Shown here piece after piece: positions 1 to 12,845 of a stretch of DNA of 57,645 nucleotides. This stretch comes from Reclinomonas americana ATCC 50394 (lineage: Eukaryota), in contig PS015105.1 of assembly GCA_048213135.1 (NCBI GenBank), positions 53,638-111,282 of the forward strand, given 5' to 3'. The translations under genes and the position numbers were made by a program. Under the pieces are notes generated by a model. It worked only from the letters and a program-made list of their open reading frames with translations, did not search any database and had not been told where the DNA came from. How positions within the stretch are numbered: the first letter of the stretch is position 1; every line of letters begins with the position of its first letter.

Positions 1-137
1 TCCCTGTCTATCCCTCCTTTCGATCTTGCCTTTTTGCCACCGGGTGCCAGTGTACGTGGCTTTTTTTCTGTGCAGAAAATGTCGAAATTGCTCATGGTGC
101 GCACTTTTAATTGTCTATGTGGGGGGAATGCTGGCCA

Positions 138-1140
138 TTACTCCTCCTCCTCCGCGTCCTTGCCGTACGAGTTGAACTGCGACCAGTAGGCGTGCATGTC
201 AAGTGCCACCACACAGCTCTCGGCGACAGGAGCCGCCGCGTCCTTCTCGTACTCGTGCAGCACATCGAGGGTGTCCGGATCGGCAATCGAGCCCAGCGCT
301 GTGGGATGGCGATTGAGATCTTATTCTTCTTCTCCGACACCTGCCCTGTCCTCAGCACTCTCTCTCTTCCCCCTTCCCTTCCCACCCTTCCCGCTTTCAC
401 CCACCTTCTGCCGCCTCATGCCGCACCATGTAGTGCTCATCCTTCTTGGCGAGCGCCTTGCGCAGCGCATCACACGACACCGGATGCTGCAACTGCCCCA
501 GCACAAACGCACACTCGTGACGGAACAGCGCCGACTCATCATTCAGCATCCCATCGCACAGCGCCAACACCGCCTCCTCCGCCCGCGCTCCCCCCTGCGA
601 ACCGCGATTGCGCAGCGAAAACATGGCACGGTACCGCTCAAACAGCGGCAGCGTGGCATCCAACAGCGTCGCCCGCAGCTCCTCCGTGCTCAGCTTGCGA
701 TCCTTTTGCTTGGGCGGCGCCGGGTCCACCGACACCCACACCGATCGCTCCGCTTCGGCGCCTTCAACTGCAGCAGAAGCTGCGACTGCCTTTTGCTGCT
801 GTGCCCACTCGATGCGCTGCACGGCCAGCTCGCATGTCTCGCGCACCTCGCGCACATTCTCGACCTCCGCATCCGCGTATCTTCGCAGCAGTGGGAGCGA
901 ATCGACGCAGCCGATTGCTCCCAGAGCCTCCGCGGCCTTTTTTTTGTTGTTGTTGATACGTGAGGTGAACAACAGAGAGACAGAGTACATAGTAAGAGCA
1001 GTGTACCTCGTGTCGGACCATGACATCCTCGTCCACGGTCTCCACCAGTCGATTGAGAATGGGAATGGCGACCTCGTGCCCAATCTGACCCATGTTGTAG
1101 GCGATCTCGTGGCGCAGCAACGCAGAAGGGTCCGCGAGGC
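138..1140 (-). CDS. DOHH: Deoxyhypusine hydroxylase (HEAT-repeat metalloenzyme), 5' part lost in gap
   Basis: Spliced exons 1140-1007, 936-405 and 298-138 (GT-AG introns 1006-937 and 404-299). They give four HE motifs (SALLRHEIAYNMGQ, MVRHEAAEALGAIG, SALFRHECAFVLGQ, MVRHEAAEALGSIA) plus EVRETCELA, SVDPAPP and LFERYRAMFSLRN. TAA at 140-138. Confidence 0.96.
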
Positions 1141-1224
1141 CTTTATGTGAAGAGGAGAGAGAGAGAGAGTGAGAGTGAGAAACTCCGTTTTCAATCTCCG
1201 GATGCAGCAAGGACTCTGCAGTAT

Positions 1225-1457
1225 CTCTCTCTCTCACTCTCTCACTCACTCACTCACTCACTCACTCACTCACTCTCTCTCTCTCTCTCTCACTTACTCC
1301 CACTCTCTTCGCTTACTCTCACTCTCTCTCTGTCTCTCACTCTCTCTCTCCTCTCCCTTCCCTCTCTCTCCCTCCCTCACTCACTCACTCACACACACAC
1401 TCTCTCTCTCACTCGCTCACTTGCACACTCTTTCCCTCTCTCACTTGCACACTCTTT
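1225..1457. repeat. CT/CACT microsatellite tract running into an assembly gap
   Basis: Visible (ct)n and (cact)n runs. Confidence 0.9.
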
Positions 1458-2424
1458 NNNNNNNNNNNNNNNNNNNNNNNNNNNNNNNNNNNNNNNNNNN
1501 NNNNNNNNNNNNNNNNNNNNNNNNNNNNNNNNNNNNNNNNNNNNNNNNNNNNNNNNNNNNNNNNNNNNNNNNNNNNNNNNNNNNNNNNNNNNNNNNNNNN
1601 NNNNNNNNNNNNNNNNNNNNNNNNNNNNNNNNNNNNNNNNNNNNNNNNNNNNNNNNNNNNNNNNNNNNNNNNNNNNNNNNNNNNNNNNNNNNNNNNNNNN
1701 NNNNNNNNNNNNNNNNNNNNNNNNNNNNNNNNNNNNNNNNNNNNNNNNNNNNNNNNNNNNNNNNNNNNNNNNNNNNNNNNNNNNNNNNNNNNNNNNNNNN
1801 NNNNNNNNNNNNNNNNNNNNNNNNNNNNNNNNNNNNNNNNNNNNNNNNNNNNNNNNNNNNNNNNNNNNNNNNNNNNNNNNNNNNNNNNNNNNNNNNNNNN
1901 NNNNNNNNNNNNNNNNNNNNNNNNNNNNNNNNNNNNNNNNNNNNNNNNNNNNNNNNNNNNNNNNNNNNNNNNNNNNNNNNNNNNNNNNNNNNNNNNNNNN
2001 NNNNNNNNNNNNNNNNNNNNNNNNNNNNNNNNNNNNNNNNNNNNNNNNNNNNNNNNNNNNNNNNNNNNNNNNNNNNNNNNNNNNNNNNNNNNNNNNNNNN
2101 NNNNNNNNNNNNNNNNNNNNNNNNNNNNNNNNNNNNNGTGTGTGTGTGTATATGGAAAGAGAGGCATATGTGTGTGCGTGTGTGTGGATTGGTGTGTGGT
2201 GTCCACGTGTGTTGCGTCACTGTGATGATTCGAGAAATATGCTGATTGATTGTCAGACGCCCTCGCGCTGTCGTCACACTTGCTCTTGTCACCCTCGTAG
2301 TGTGCGTGTTCTTTGTGTCGAGAGGCGTAGCAATGTAGCAGTGGTAGTGGGGGCGTGTGCGCGGCGTGTGTGTGGGAGTTGCGGCATGTCTGACCGTGAC
2401 CCCCCCTTCCCTCCTCGTCAGGTG

Positions 2425-5400
2425 ATGGGTGGATTGGCGTTGGTGGTGCCACCAAAGCCACGGCGTGTTCCGTCTGGTCCTATAGCGGTGCCGCCTGGCG
2501 CTGGGACTGCTCCGCGAACACCGACAGGGGCTGCTGCACCCGCCCCCGCACAACCGCTCTATCATCAACAACATCACCCACACCAGGCGGGCGCGTATGG
2601 CGTTCCACACGCGCAGCCACTGGCCCCGGCCGCACCCGTGTACCACGCCGCACCGTTGGTGCAACAGCAGTTGCAACCCCAGCAGCAGCTGCAGCAGCAG
2701 CAGGGCTACGGGGTGCAGGCTATGCGGAAGGGGTGTGTACTCTTTTCAAGCAATGTGTTTGTGTGCAGACGGTGGCTGACCTGCGTGCGTGGTGCAGACT
2801 GGCCATGGTACCGGCGTCACAGGCAGTGCCCAAGCAGGTGTTCGACGCGCATACCTTGCCACCGAAGCGACCGCGGAAGCAGAAGCATCTGGATTCCGAC
2901 TACGTGGAGGATGTTCCCGGCACAGCGTACGGTGCGACGGTGCCGCGGAGCAGCGGCGAGTGGGACGACGACGAGGACATGTATGTGGATCCCGATGCGT
3001 ATGACGATCTCGATCCCGACGCGTCACCTGTGCACGGACGACGTGGTTCCGGAGGTAGTGGTTCCTTTGGCGTGCGTCGTGGTGCGGCAGCTCGTGGTGG
3101 TGGCGGCGGCGCAGCGGCACGCAGTGCTGGTGGTTTGCGACCTGGCGGGAAGGTGCGTGTGTGTGTATTAGTGTTGGAAATGAGCGGCATGCTCACTTAG
3201 TGGAAGCAGGCTGCACCCACGGACTGGGTCAAGGCAGCGCAGGGGGTGGTCAAGGCGCTGCTGGCCAAGAAGAAGGATGCAATGTTCTTTGAGAAGCCGG
3301 TGAATCCGGTGGCGCTCAACATTCCACACTACGCCGACATGATCAAGCACCCGATGGACCTCGGTACCGTCATGAGCAATTTGAAGGGTCGCCAGTACCG
3401 TCATCCAGACGAGTTCTCGGCCGATGTCAGGCTAGTATGGGACAACTGCATCACCTTCAATGGCCGCGATCACCAAATCTCGCAAGCGGCGTTGCGGCTG
3501 GCGGCGCTTTTTGATCAGAAAATGCGGGCGCGCGTCTTCACTTCGGTGCCGCCCTACGATCCGAATGCGCCGCTGCCACCACCGCCTGCGCCCAAGGCCG
3601 CTCGTCCTGCCCACGGACTGGCGTCGGGGTTGCCAATGGCCACGCCGACTGCCATTTCACCGTATGGCGGTGCGGCTGACAGCCAGTCGGCCAGCGAGGT
3701 TGCGCGGTTGCAGCGAGAGCTGGAGACGGCCAAGCGATTGTTGGCGCAAAAGGAGACGCCATTAACGCCGTCGGCTGGCACGCCAGTTGGCACGCCGACG
3801 CTGGACGCCAAGCCGCCAAAGCGGCGTGCTGCCGAGGCGGCGACGGCTGCCAGGCGGAAGAAGATGTTGCGTGGTTGGACGGGCAGGCCGGTGACAGGGT
3901 TGATATTTTGTGTACTGATGTTGTTGTTGTTGGTTGTTGTTTGCAGGTCGGAGGGTGATGGAATGGACGAGGATGAGGATGGTGGTATCGATGCGAATGA
4001 TTTGGATGCGTCGCGGCAAGGTGCAGCACGAGCTCCTCGAGCTCGGAAGCCGGCACCACTGCAGCGACAACACAGTGCTGGTGGTGGTGTCGGCAGTGCT
4101 GCTGGTACACCGACGGGTGGAGCGGCGCGCAACAAGCAGTACCGAGAGATGGACATGGAGGAGAAGAGGCGGCTGACGAACAGAATCGGCAGACTGCCGG
4201 TGGAGAAGCAGACGCGCGTGTTGGAAATCATCCAGGAGGCCATGCCGGTACAGCAGGGTGATGAGGAGGTGGTGGTGGATATTGATTCGTTGCCGGCGGA
4301 GACGCTGCGCAAGTTGGAGGCGTATGTCATGTCACATCGAACCAAGCCGCCGGTGAGAGGGCCCCTCCCCCCTTGTTCTCTTCTCCATCCCTTCTCTTTT
4401 TTNNNNNNNNNNNNNNNNNNNNNNNNNNNNNNNNNNNNNNNNNNNNNNNNNNNNNNNNNNNNNNNNNNNNNNNNNNNNNNNNNNNNNNNNNNNNNNNNNN
4501 NNNNNNNNNNNNNNNNNNNNNNNNNNNNNNNNNNNNNNNNNNNNNNNNNNNNNNNNNNNNNNNNNNNNNNNNNNNNNNNNNNNNNNNNNNNNNNNNNNNN
4601 NNNNNNNNNNNNNNNNNNNNNNNNNNNNNNNNNNNNNNNNNNNNNNNNNNNNNNNNNNNNNNNNNNNNNNNNNNNNNNNNNNNNNNNNNNNNNNNNNNNN
4701 NNNNNNNNNNNNNNNNNNNNNNNNNNNNNNNNNNNNNNNNNNNNNNNNNNNNNNNNNNNNNNNNNNNNNNNNNNNNNNNNNNNNNNNNNNNNNNNNNNNN
4801 NNNNNNNNNNNNNNNNNNNNNNNNNNNNNNNNNNNNNNNNNNNNNNNNNNNNNNNNNNNNNNNNNNNNNNNNNNNNNNNNNNNNNNNNNNNNNNNNNNNN
4901 NNNNNNNNNNNNNNNNNNNNNNNNNNNNNNNNNNNNNNNNNNNNNNNNNNNNNNNNNNNNNNNNNNNNNNNNNNNNNNNNNNNNNNNNNNNNNNNNCTCA
5001 CTGTCGCTGCAGTCCAAGTCGAACTCGAAGAAGAAGAAGAAGCCGGCAGGCAGCGCTGCCGACACACCGGGCACGCAAACGAGCACGCCGTCGGCAATGA
5101 CGCCCATGGCCACACCGTTGGACATGGCGAGTGTCACGTCGACCACGCCGAGTGCGGCCTATGGTGGTGTTGGTGGGGTGGCTGTATCACCACAGTCGCT
5201 GGATTCCGCGGGCGCAGCAATGGCAGCACAGCATCAGCAGCAGCAACAGCTGTATGGCGGCTCTGCTGCGACGGCGGCAACCATGGCGGCGGGTGGTGAG
5301 GCGGGTGGTGCTGGTGCGGAGAGCATGGATGTGGATGGCGCGTCAAGACGACCTCCAGAGGTCGAGGAGTTGCGTGCACATGGTGTCTGCAGAGGTTAAA

Positions 5401-7131
5401 GGCAGTGGCTCACGTCAAGGGCTTTGCGCGCAGCACGTCGTCCGACGGCTCCAGCAGCGACAGCAGCGATGATTCGGATTCGTCAGAAGAGGAATCGGAC
5501 TCGGACGACGATGATGATGAGGAGGAGGAGGACGAGGAAGAGGAGGACGAGGCAGAGCAGCAGCAGCAGCAACCTGGTGGTGCCAATAGGGTGAGTTCAC
5601 CGGTGTGAGTGTGGTGAACGCGAGGGGTGTGTCATCATCGGCTCAAACAACTGTGGATCAGGCTTCGGCGACCGCTGAGGCCTCTCGGTCTGCCGCTCCG
5701 AGTGCCTCTGGCACGCCGAGTTTGTTATCATCATCGGCGCGGCAGTCGCCGCCATGTCACCGGCGGCGCTGGTCGAAGAGGTCGCGGGCTTTGAGCGGTA
5801 CACTCGGGGTTCTAGTGTGCCACTTAATACTGGTGATGACGGCTTGTTGTCCGCGGTGGATGTGGCTCGTCACCTCATCTGCTGACTGCGCTCTCCTCTC
5901 CTTCCTTCCCCACACATGCATTTTGTTGCTGCTCCTGCGACAGAGAGTGGGGATGATGCCGATATGGTGATGGACGTGGATGGACGGGGAGCTAATGGGC
6001 TCGACGTGTCTGCGACGGGCACCGGTGCGCATCATCATGACGGTTCACCGTCGGCGCTCGGAGGCATCACTGCTGCTGTGCAAGATGGAGAGGCTGGGAG
6101 TGCTGCTCCCGCCGTCGGCGACGCAGAGGCTGTTGGCACCGAACTCGACTCTTTTACCTGGGCGCAGCTCGGTCAGGAGACGCCTGAGCAGTCGTCACCG
6201 TCGCCATCGCCAGCCGTCGTCGGGCACTCCGTGGCTCCAAGCGGCACCGATTTGTTCTCGCAGTTCAAGGAGATTGGCGAACAGCAGAAGCAGCGGGTGC
6301 GTGTTTATTTTGACTGGCGACACGCTGCTCCATACGCGCGCGAGCTCACTCTCCCCTTACTCGTGTGTGTCAGGCTGAGGAGCGGCAGCAGTTCCAAGAT
6401 CGGCTGCAGCGCGAGCGTGAAGAGCGCGAGCGCAAGCGCAAGGAGGATGTGGAGCGCGAGCTGCGAGAGGCGCGGGAAGCCAAGGTGCGTGNNNNNNNNN
6501 NNNNNNNNNNNNNNNNNNNNNNNNNNNNNNNNNNNNNNNNNNNNNNNNNNNNNNNNNNNNNNNNNNNNNNNNNNNNNNNNNNNNNNNNNNNNNNNNNNNN
6601 NNNNNNNNNNNNNNNNNNNNNNNNNNNNNNNNNNNNNNNNNNNNNNNNNNNNNNNNNNNNNNNNNNNNNNNNNNNNNNNNNNNNNNNNNNNNNNNNNNNN
6701 NNNNNNNNNNNNNNNNNNNNNNNNNNNNNNNNNNNNNNNNNNNNNNNNNNNNNNNNNNNNNNNNNNNNNNNNNNNNNNNNNNNNNNNNNNNNNNNNNNNN
6801 NNNNNNNNNNNNNNNNNNNNNNNNNNNNNNNNNNNNNNNNNNNGTGAGACACTTCCACATCCCGCCTGCACGTGCCGCCGGTGATGTCGGCGATGGCGTG
6901 CAGCCGCAGCAACCAGCAGCGGGATCAGGGGCAGCCTCGGCAGCAGCCGCGGCACCCGAGGGTGAGGATGAGGCGGTGGTGGGTTCGAGCAGCGGTGGTG
7001 TGGAGTCTGCATCGCAGGCCACCTTCCGCCGCCGCAGTGTACCGTCGCTGGAAGCAGAGGAGGACGATGGAGAGGACGATGATCGGGCGTCACTGCTCCC
7101 TCGACGCGACGCGCCTGCATCAAGATTATGA
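2425..7131 (+). CDS. BET/GTE-family bromodomain and extra-terminal (ET) domain protein, multi-exon; start uncertain, two internal gaps
   Basis: Bromodomain FEKPVNPVALNIPHYADMIKHPMDLGTV...FSADVRLVWDNCITFN (about 3250-3530). ET domain REMDMEEKRRLTNRIGRLP...VVDIDSLPAETLRKLEAYV (about 4140-4330). Ser/Asp/Glu-rich tract and a C-terminal charged coiled coil. Introns splice in frame. Confidence 0.92.
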
Positions 7132-7402
7132 AACTACCACAGCAGCAGCAAGAGTAAACATTAGTGTTTGGCATTTTATATTTGCCGTTTTCTCTTTTAG
7201 GGTTGGGGGGTTTCGGTGATAAGCAATGACACACAGAAGGGTGGGAAAGAATGAGAAGTGACAGTCAGAGGAACGAAAAATTTCTTCAGCAGAGAAGGAA
7301 AATGGTGACACACACACAATGGAAAAAAGTGGAAGCACAGTATCTACCTGACACAAGAAAAATTACCAAGCAATACACACACATCACACAAGCACAAATC
7401 AC

Positions 7403-10253
7403 TCAAGGCAACGATTCGGCCACAAGAGGTGCGACTGCGGCAGCATTGCTGCCGTGGTCATCTTCGTGGCCATTGTGGTGATGATGATGATGATGATGGT
7501 GCTCGAGGTGGTGATCGAGTGGCTGTGGATCCTCCTCATCCTCCTCTTGCTGCTGTTGATGCTGGTGGTGCTGCTCTTCATGCTCGACACCGGCGTCCTC
7601 AATCGCCGCCGTCACCGTCGCGGCATCAGCGGCCACCTCGGCGGCGGCATTGTCGTCGTCGTCGTCGTCGTTGTTACCGGGCATCGGCTCATCCGCCTCA
7701 GCAGCCTCGTGCGAGTCGTCCTCCATCAACACACTACCGCCCATGTCCTCGTGACCCTCGGCGGCACTCGCGTCGCTACCCGGCGCCCCATTGACAGCCG
7801 GTGCATCGCCACTGCCCATCGTCGACATTTCGCGATGGAAATCAACACCCATCAAGCCGGCAGGAAAGCCACCACCAAAGCTCGACGCATGCGGATCGAA
7901 TGACATGAGTGTGGTGAAATCAAGGTCGACCGTTTTCTCCGCCTGCCCATGCAAAAGTTANNNNNNNNNNNNNNNNNNNNATCCACGTCGTCTGCAAGGC
8001 AGCGCAACCCGTCAGTGTCTGTGTGTGAGTTGTTACGCATTCCGCAGTGTGTACACAAAACCTCGTGGAACATTGTCGGCGTCCCCACCGTCGGCTGCTT
8101 GCGCATTGTTGTTCACCAGCACGTTGTTTTCGTCAAACGGATTCCATTGCAGCGGTGCTCCTCTGCGCATCAGCCAGTCAGCAGTGCACAGACGCAAAAA
8201 AACGACAATCACTCTGCACGCGTGACGAACTCGTCAACGAGGACTGGGGCCGGTGGAATCGTAATGTACGAGGGTCTCGGGCGGAAAGTCCAGCCGACAA
8301 CCACAAACACCACCAGGCCGAGTGCCTGCTCCACAGCCTCGGAGAGGAACTCTGAGCTCGATCGAGTCAGTAAGGGGAGAGAAAGAGAGAGGATCGATCA
8401 CGTTGGAACGTAACCTTGCCGCCACGAGAGAATGGAGAAGCGAATGAAGACGAGAAAGATGGGAACCACCAAGTAGGAGAGGAAGGCCCAGCGGAAAGCA
8501 CTGTGACAGGGAGAGAGTGAGCGGACGACTTGTGGCACGCTCGGCATGAATACTCCGGTGCACACAACGTAAACAACCGCAGGCGAGCCACCAACTCCAT
8601 GCGCAGTTCCACCCACGCCTCCCCTGTGATCATGCTGCGTAACCGCTGGATGTTGGTGTTCATCGTCACCAGGATGCCAAAGGTGATGAGGAAGCGAATG
8701 ACGTTGAATGAGAGCTGTTGCGACGAGGAATGACCGTCAGTGCACCAGTGGTCACCCGTACAGTGAGGCCACACACTCGCTTACCATGTAGGCTGGACAC
8801 AGGTTCGGTTCGCGGCACAACGCATTCAAGATCTGGAACACCACGTATAACATAAAGGCGGCCCAGAACAGTTGATTTTCACGCGCACTGAGCAGCGGCC
8901 GTGTAATGCTGTAGCCTGTGTTGCGAAGGCATATGAGTGGGTGAGGTGCATGGCAGAGAGGTGACGCAATCTCGTTGCGCGACGAACCCATGGCTGTGAG
9001 GAGCAAGAACGCCAGAAACATGGTGTTCGAGACGATGACCAGCAGCTGCGATGCATTGCTACGGACTGGATGTGAGGCAAGGAGAACAAAAGTACGCATG
9101 TGCACAGGCGATTAAAGAAAACGCAACGCAATGAGAGTGTGATCATCGCCGGTGCGTGAGAGCGACACCAGCGCCCAGTAGGAGGTGATCATTTCGAAAA
9201 ACTTGAGGTACACGGAGAGGGTGAAGATTTGGTGGATTTTCAGCAGATGTTGCCGCTCTCGCATGTATACCGTCACCCACAGGAACGTGAAGATGAGGTA
9301 CACAAAGGCCAGCGTCTGGAACGTGCGGAGCAGCGGTGCCATGTCCAACGACAAGTGTGATCCCTTCGAGTCCACAAAATTGATTACGCCCTGCACTCCA
9401 ACACGATGAGTGGCGACGGCGACAGCGGCCACAATTACGGTACGTGCCACACCTGCACATCCAAGGCCACTCGATCGCAGTTCATGATGAAAAGCGTGTA
9501 CTGCTCGAGCGAATGCACAATGCCAGTGAACTTGATCTTCTTCACCAATGTTCCCTTGACAAGCTCAGCCGGCTGGTCAAAGTAGAAGCGCTATGCGTGC
9601 CACAGTTGCCGTCATCATCACCATCATCAAGCACGGAGAGACACGACAGAAACACACACACACACACACACCAGTGCGGCAGGCGTATCGCAAATCGATC
9701 TCTTCTCGTACAGTTTGATGGCCTTGAGTGAGAGCTGCGCCAGCATGGTCAGCCAAGGTACCACCACCACCACCACCACTCCGACTCAACACATCAACGC
9801 ACCCAGTCAGCATACGTGAACGAGACCACAGCCAAGTGCGGAGATCGCTCTTCGGGAGTTGTCTCCTACCGCATCGTCGCATGACAGAGAATCAGCACAC
9901 ACAGAGAGAGCAACGGAGCCAATAAGCACACTGCGCTCTGTGTCTCTCTCTCACTCGCTCACCAGCAGCGCCACTGACAACTCGCCAAAGATTCGTGATC
10001 CCGGGTCCAACCCAAACGCCTTGGGGTACAGTGGATACACGAATGTCGAGTTTGCCTCAAACTCTACCCAACACACCACATTAGCACACACACTCACTCA
10101 CTCACGAGCGCACACACGCACACACACACAGAGTCGCCAACACACACACTCACCGAGGTCGACATTGTGTGAAATGGCGTCGACTGGCGTGGCTAACCTG
10201 ACAAGCATGAGCTGCACGACGAGCGCACATGTCAACACGCATAATCGCCTCAT
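7403..10253 (-). CDS. GOST-family (lung seven-TM, GPR107/GPR108/TMEM87-like) membrane protein
   Basis: Signal peptide MRRLCVLTCALVVQLMLV. Lumenal domain with QYTLFIMNC, then SHLSLDMAPL...LLKIHQIF and LLLTAMGYSITRPLLSARE. Several hydrophobic helices and an acidic/His-rich C-terminal tail. Confidence 0.8.
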
Positions 10254-10361
10254 GTGGGCACAGCGAGGGAGTGAGTGTGTGTGCGAAGTTGAGTGTGCGG
10301 AAATTTCATGTCTTACAGGCTCAGAGTTTTGCGCGTTGTTGTTGTGCGGCGATTGCTGGGG

Positions 10362-12770
10362 ATGGAGAGGTGAGTGGTTGCCTGTGCACACTGCGTCGCC
10401 CTTTCTGCCGTGAATCGATTTCTTTCTCTGTTCTCGTGTGTGCGCGCGTGTGCGAGAGTGTGCGCGACATTTTCGCTCCTTTTTTCGCTCGCTCATGTGC
10501 GTCTCTCTGTGTGTTTGCGGTGCGCAGTCGTCTTGCCACTGCCAGTGCGCCTGGCAAGGTGTGTTTTGTTGTGCTTGCCGATCATGGAGAGGAGATACTG
10601 AGTGCGATCATCGCATAGGTGTTGGTCACTGGTGGATACCTGGTGCTTGATCGCAAGTGGGAGGGACTGGTGTTAACAGTGTCGGCGCGCTTCCACAGCG
10701 TGGCACGGTGCTTGAACACGGTGAGTGTGTGTGGGAGATAAACTCCGCTCGACATTGAAAGCGTGATCCGAACACGCACGCACAGGCATCGTTGGACGGC
10801 GTGCTGGTCGTCGAGAGTCCGCAACTGGGCGAGGAGCGTGCGTACAGAGTACGTTACGGCAGTGGCGATGATGAGGAGGTGTCGCTGGTGCAGGTGGCCG
10901 GTCCGCCATCGTCCAACCCGTTTCTCGAGAAGAGTTTGGTGTGCGCACTGGCCTCGGCGGCGGCGGTGCTCGGCTTGGACGGGCTGGCCGCTGCGCTTGT
11001 CGGTGGCGTGCATCTGACCACGCTCGGCGACAATGACTTTTACTCGCAGCGTCGATGGGTGCGTTTGTGTGTCGCCTTTCTTGTTATGCGAATCGCGTAC
11101 TCGTGGCTCACACTGTGTGCTGTGGTTGTCGCGCGATGCAGCTGGACGCACTGCAGTTGCCGTTGTGCTCCGAGTCGCTGCGATCGCTTCCGCTGTTCTG
11201 CCAGCCGTTTGTCGAGGGAGTCGTGTCGCCGCAGTCGTGTCGGCCGAGAATACACCGTGGTGTCGAAGCCGAGCAGTTTGTGGCGACGGGTGTGTGTCTC
11301 TCACACTCCCTGTTTCGGGTCTCCTTTATCTGACGAGACGCGTGAATGCGTGGGGAAACAGGTGCTCGACTAACAGCCGCCCCGCAACAAATCAACAAGA
11401 CAGGTCTCGGCAGCTCGGCGGCACTGGTCGTCAGCGTGGTGGCAGCAGTGTTGAAGTACGTGGGCATCCTGTCACCGGAGGTGCGTTGTGTGCCTTTTCT
11501 CTCCCTGTGCAGCAATTACTTACCCACTGTTTTGTGTCGCACAGCGAGTGGATTTGGAGTGCATTCACCGGCTATGTCAGCTGGCGCACTGTTCGGCGCA
11601 GGAGAAGATCGGCAGTGGTTTCGATGTGTCGAGTGCGGTGTTTGGTTCGCACGTCTACAGACGCTTCTCGCCGCTGCTGTTGGTGGATTCGCTGAGTGAG
11701 GTGTGTGTATGTGTGCGCGTGTGTGTGCATGCATTCATCTCCGGTGACCTCTCAACCACCGACAGATTCGCTCGCATCGCGACGAGTCGACGCAGTCGTT
11801 GCGTCACACCGTGTCACCGCATCGCATGTTCCAGCAGCTGGGCATTGCAAAGCGAGCCGACGGGAACGCGTTGTGCGTCGAGGCACATGGTCATGCCGTT
11901 GCGTTGACATCAAACTCAGTTGTTTGTGTGAGACCACGTCCTCACCGCACGTGCAGTGGGATCACGAACATGTGGAGGTGCACTTGCCGCCACATTTGGT
12001 TCTGTGCGTTGGTGACATTGAGGGTGGATCGAGCACGCCGTCGATGGTACGCTCGGTGCTGCAGTGGAGGGAGCAGAGCGCCGCCGAGGGTGCGTGTGTT
12101 GCCGTCACTTTCAGTTCACAGTACGCAATGCACACTCACGATCTTCTTTCATTTTTCCCCTCGTTGCTGCAGCCGAACCACTGCTGTCCTCGCTGGCCGA
12201 GAGCAACGGCTTGGTGGCCAGTGGTCTGCGCGCTCTGTGCATGCTGGCGGCTGAGAACGGCGAAGTATATCGCGCGACGCTCGACGCCCTGGCGCAAAAG
12301 CCAGCAGAGGCGTGGTCAGCTGTGTTTTCCGCGGAGCAGCCGGAGGCTCTGCAGTCACGCATCGCGGCGCTCCTGCTGCAGATTCGACACGATTTCGTGC
12401 ATGTGCGATGCCAGTTGAAGAAGATGGGCGACCTCGCGGCAGTGCCCATCGAACCGGACTCGCAGACGGTAATCTGCGACAAGTCCATGGCGCAACCTGG
12501 TGTCTTGCTGGCCGGTGTCCCCGGAGGTTTGATTTTCCCCCGCGCAGCTGGCGATGTTTTGAAAGGTGGCTGAAGTGCTGGTGCGCAGCGGGTGGTTTTG
12601 ACGCAATCTTTTGCCTGGTGCTCGGCGAGGAGGCGAAGAGGCGGTTGGAGGTGGATGTGTGGTCATCGTGCGAGCAGCTGCGCGTCGGCTGTCTCGGTCT
12701 CTCGCAGTACGACGCCGGACTGAGCTTGACACCGAATGCCGAACTGCTGCGCGTGCTCGACGGTGAATAG
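10362..12770 (+). CDS. ERG8: Phosphomevalonate kinase, ERG8/plant-fungal GHMP type
   Basis: Spliced motifs [64 protein letters not shown] and GVPGAGGFDA. The first coding exon ATGGAGAG (10362-10369) splices in phase to 10528. Confidence 0.95.
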
Positions 12771-12845
12771 CGACCGCTGTGCTCTCTTTTATGTGCCGTC
12801 ATTTTCTCTTTAAGTATAACAACACCCTGCAATTAACACACTACT

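Noticed and set aside
1-110. Possible last exon of a plus-strand gene (…ENVEIAHGAHF*)
   Set aside because: Too short and truncated by the window edge to support.
1141-1220. Possible GA-AG intron in DOHH (…GAAAACG|GAGTTT…AG)
   Set aside because: The putative upstream exon (SLLHPEIENG) does not clearly match DOHH. The true exon probably lies in the 1458-2137 gap.
1147-3171. Long ORFs spanning N runs (also 4327-5299, 6305-7234, 23839-25539, 32004-33499)
   Set aside because: Artefacts of translating assembly gaps.
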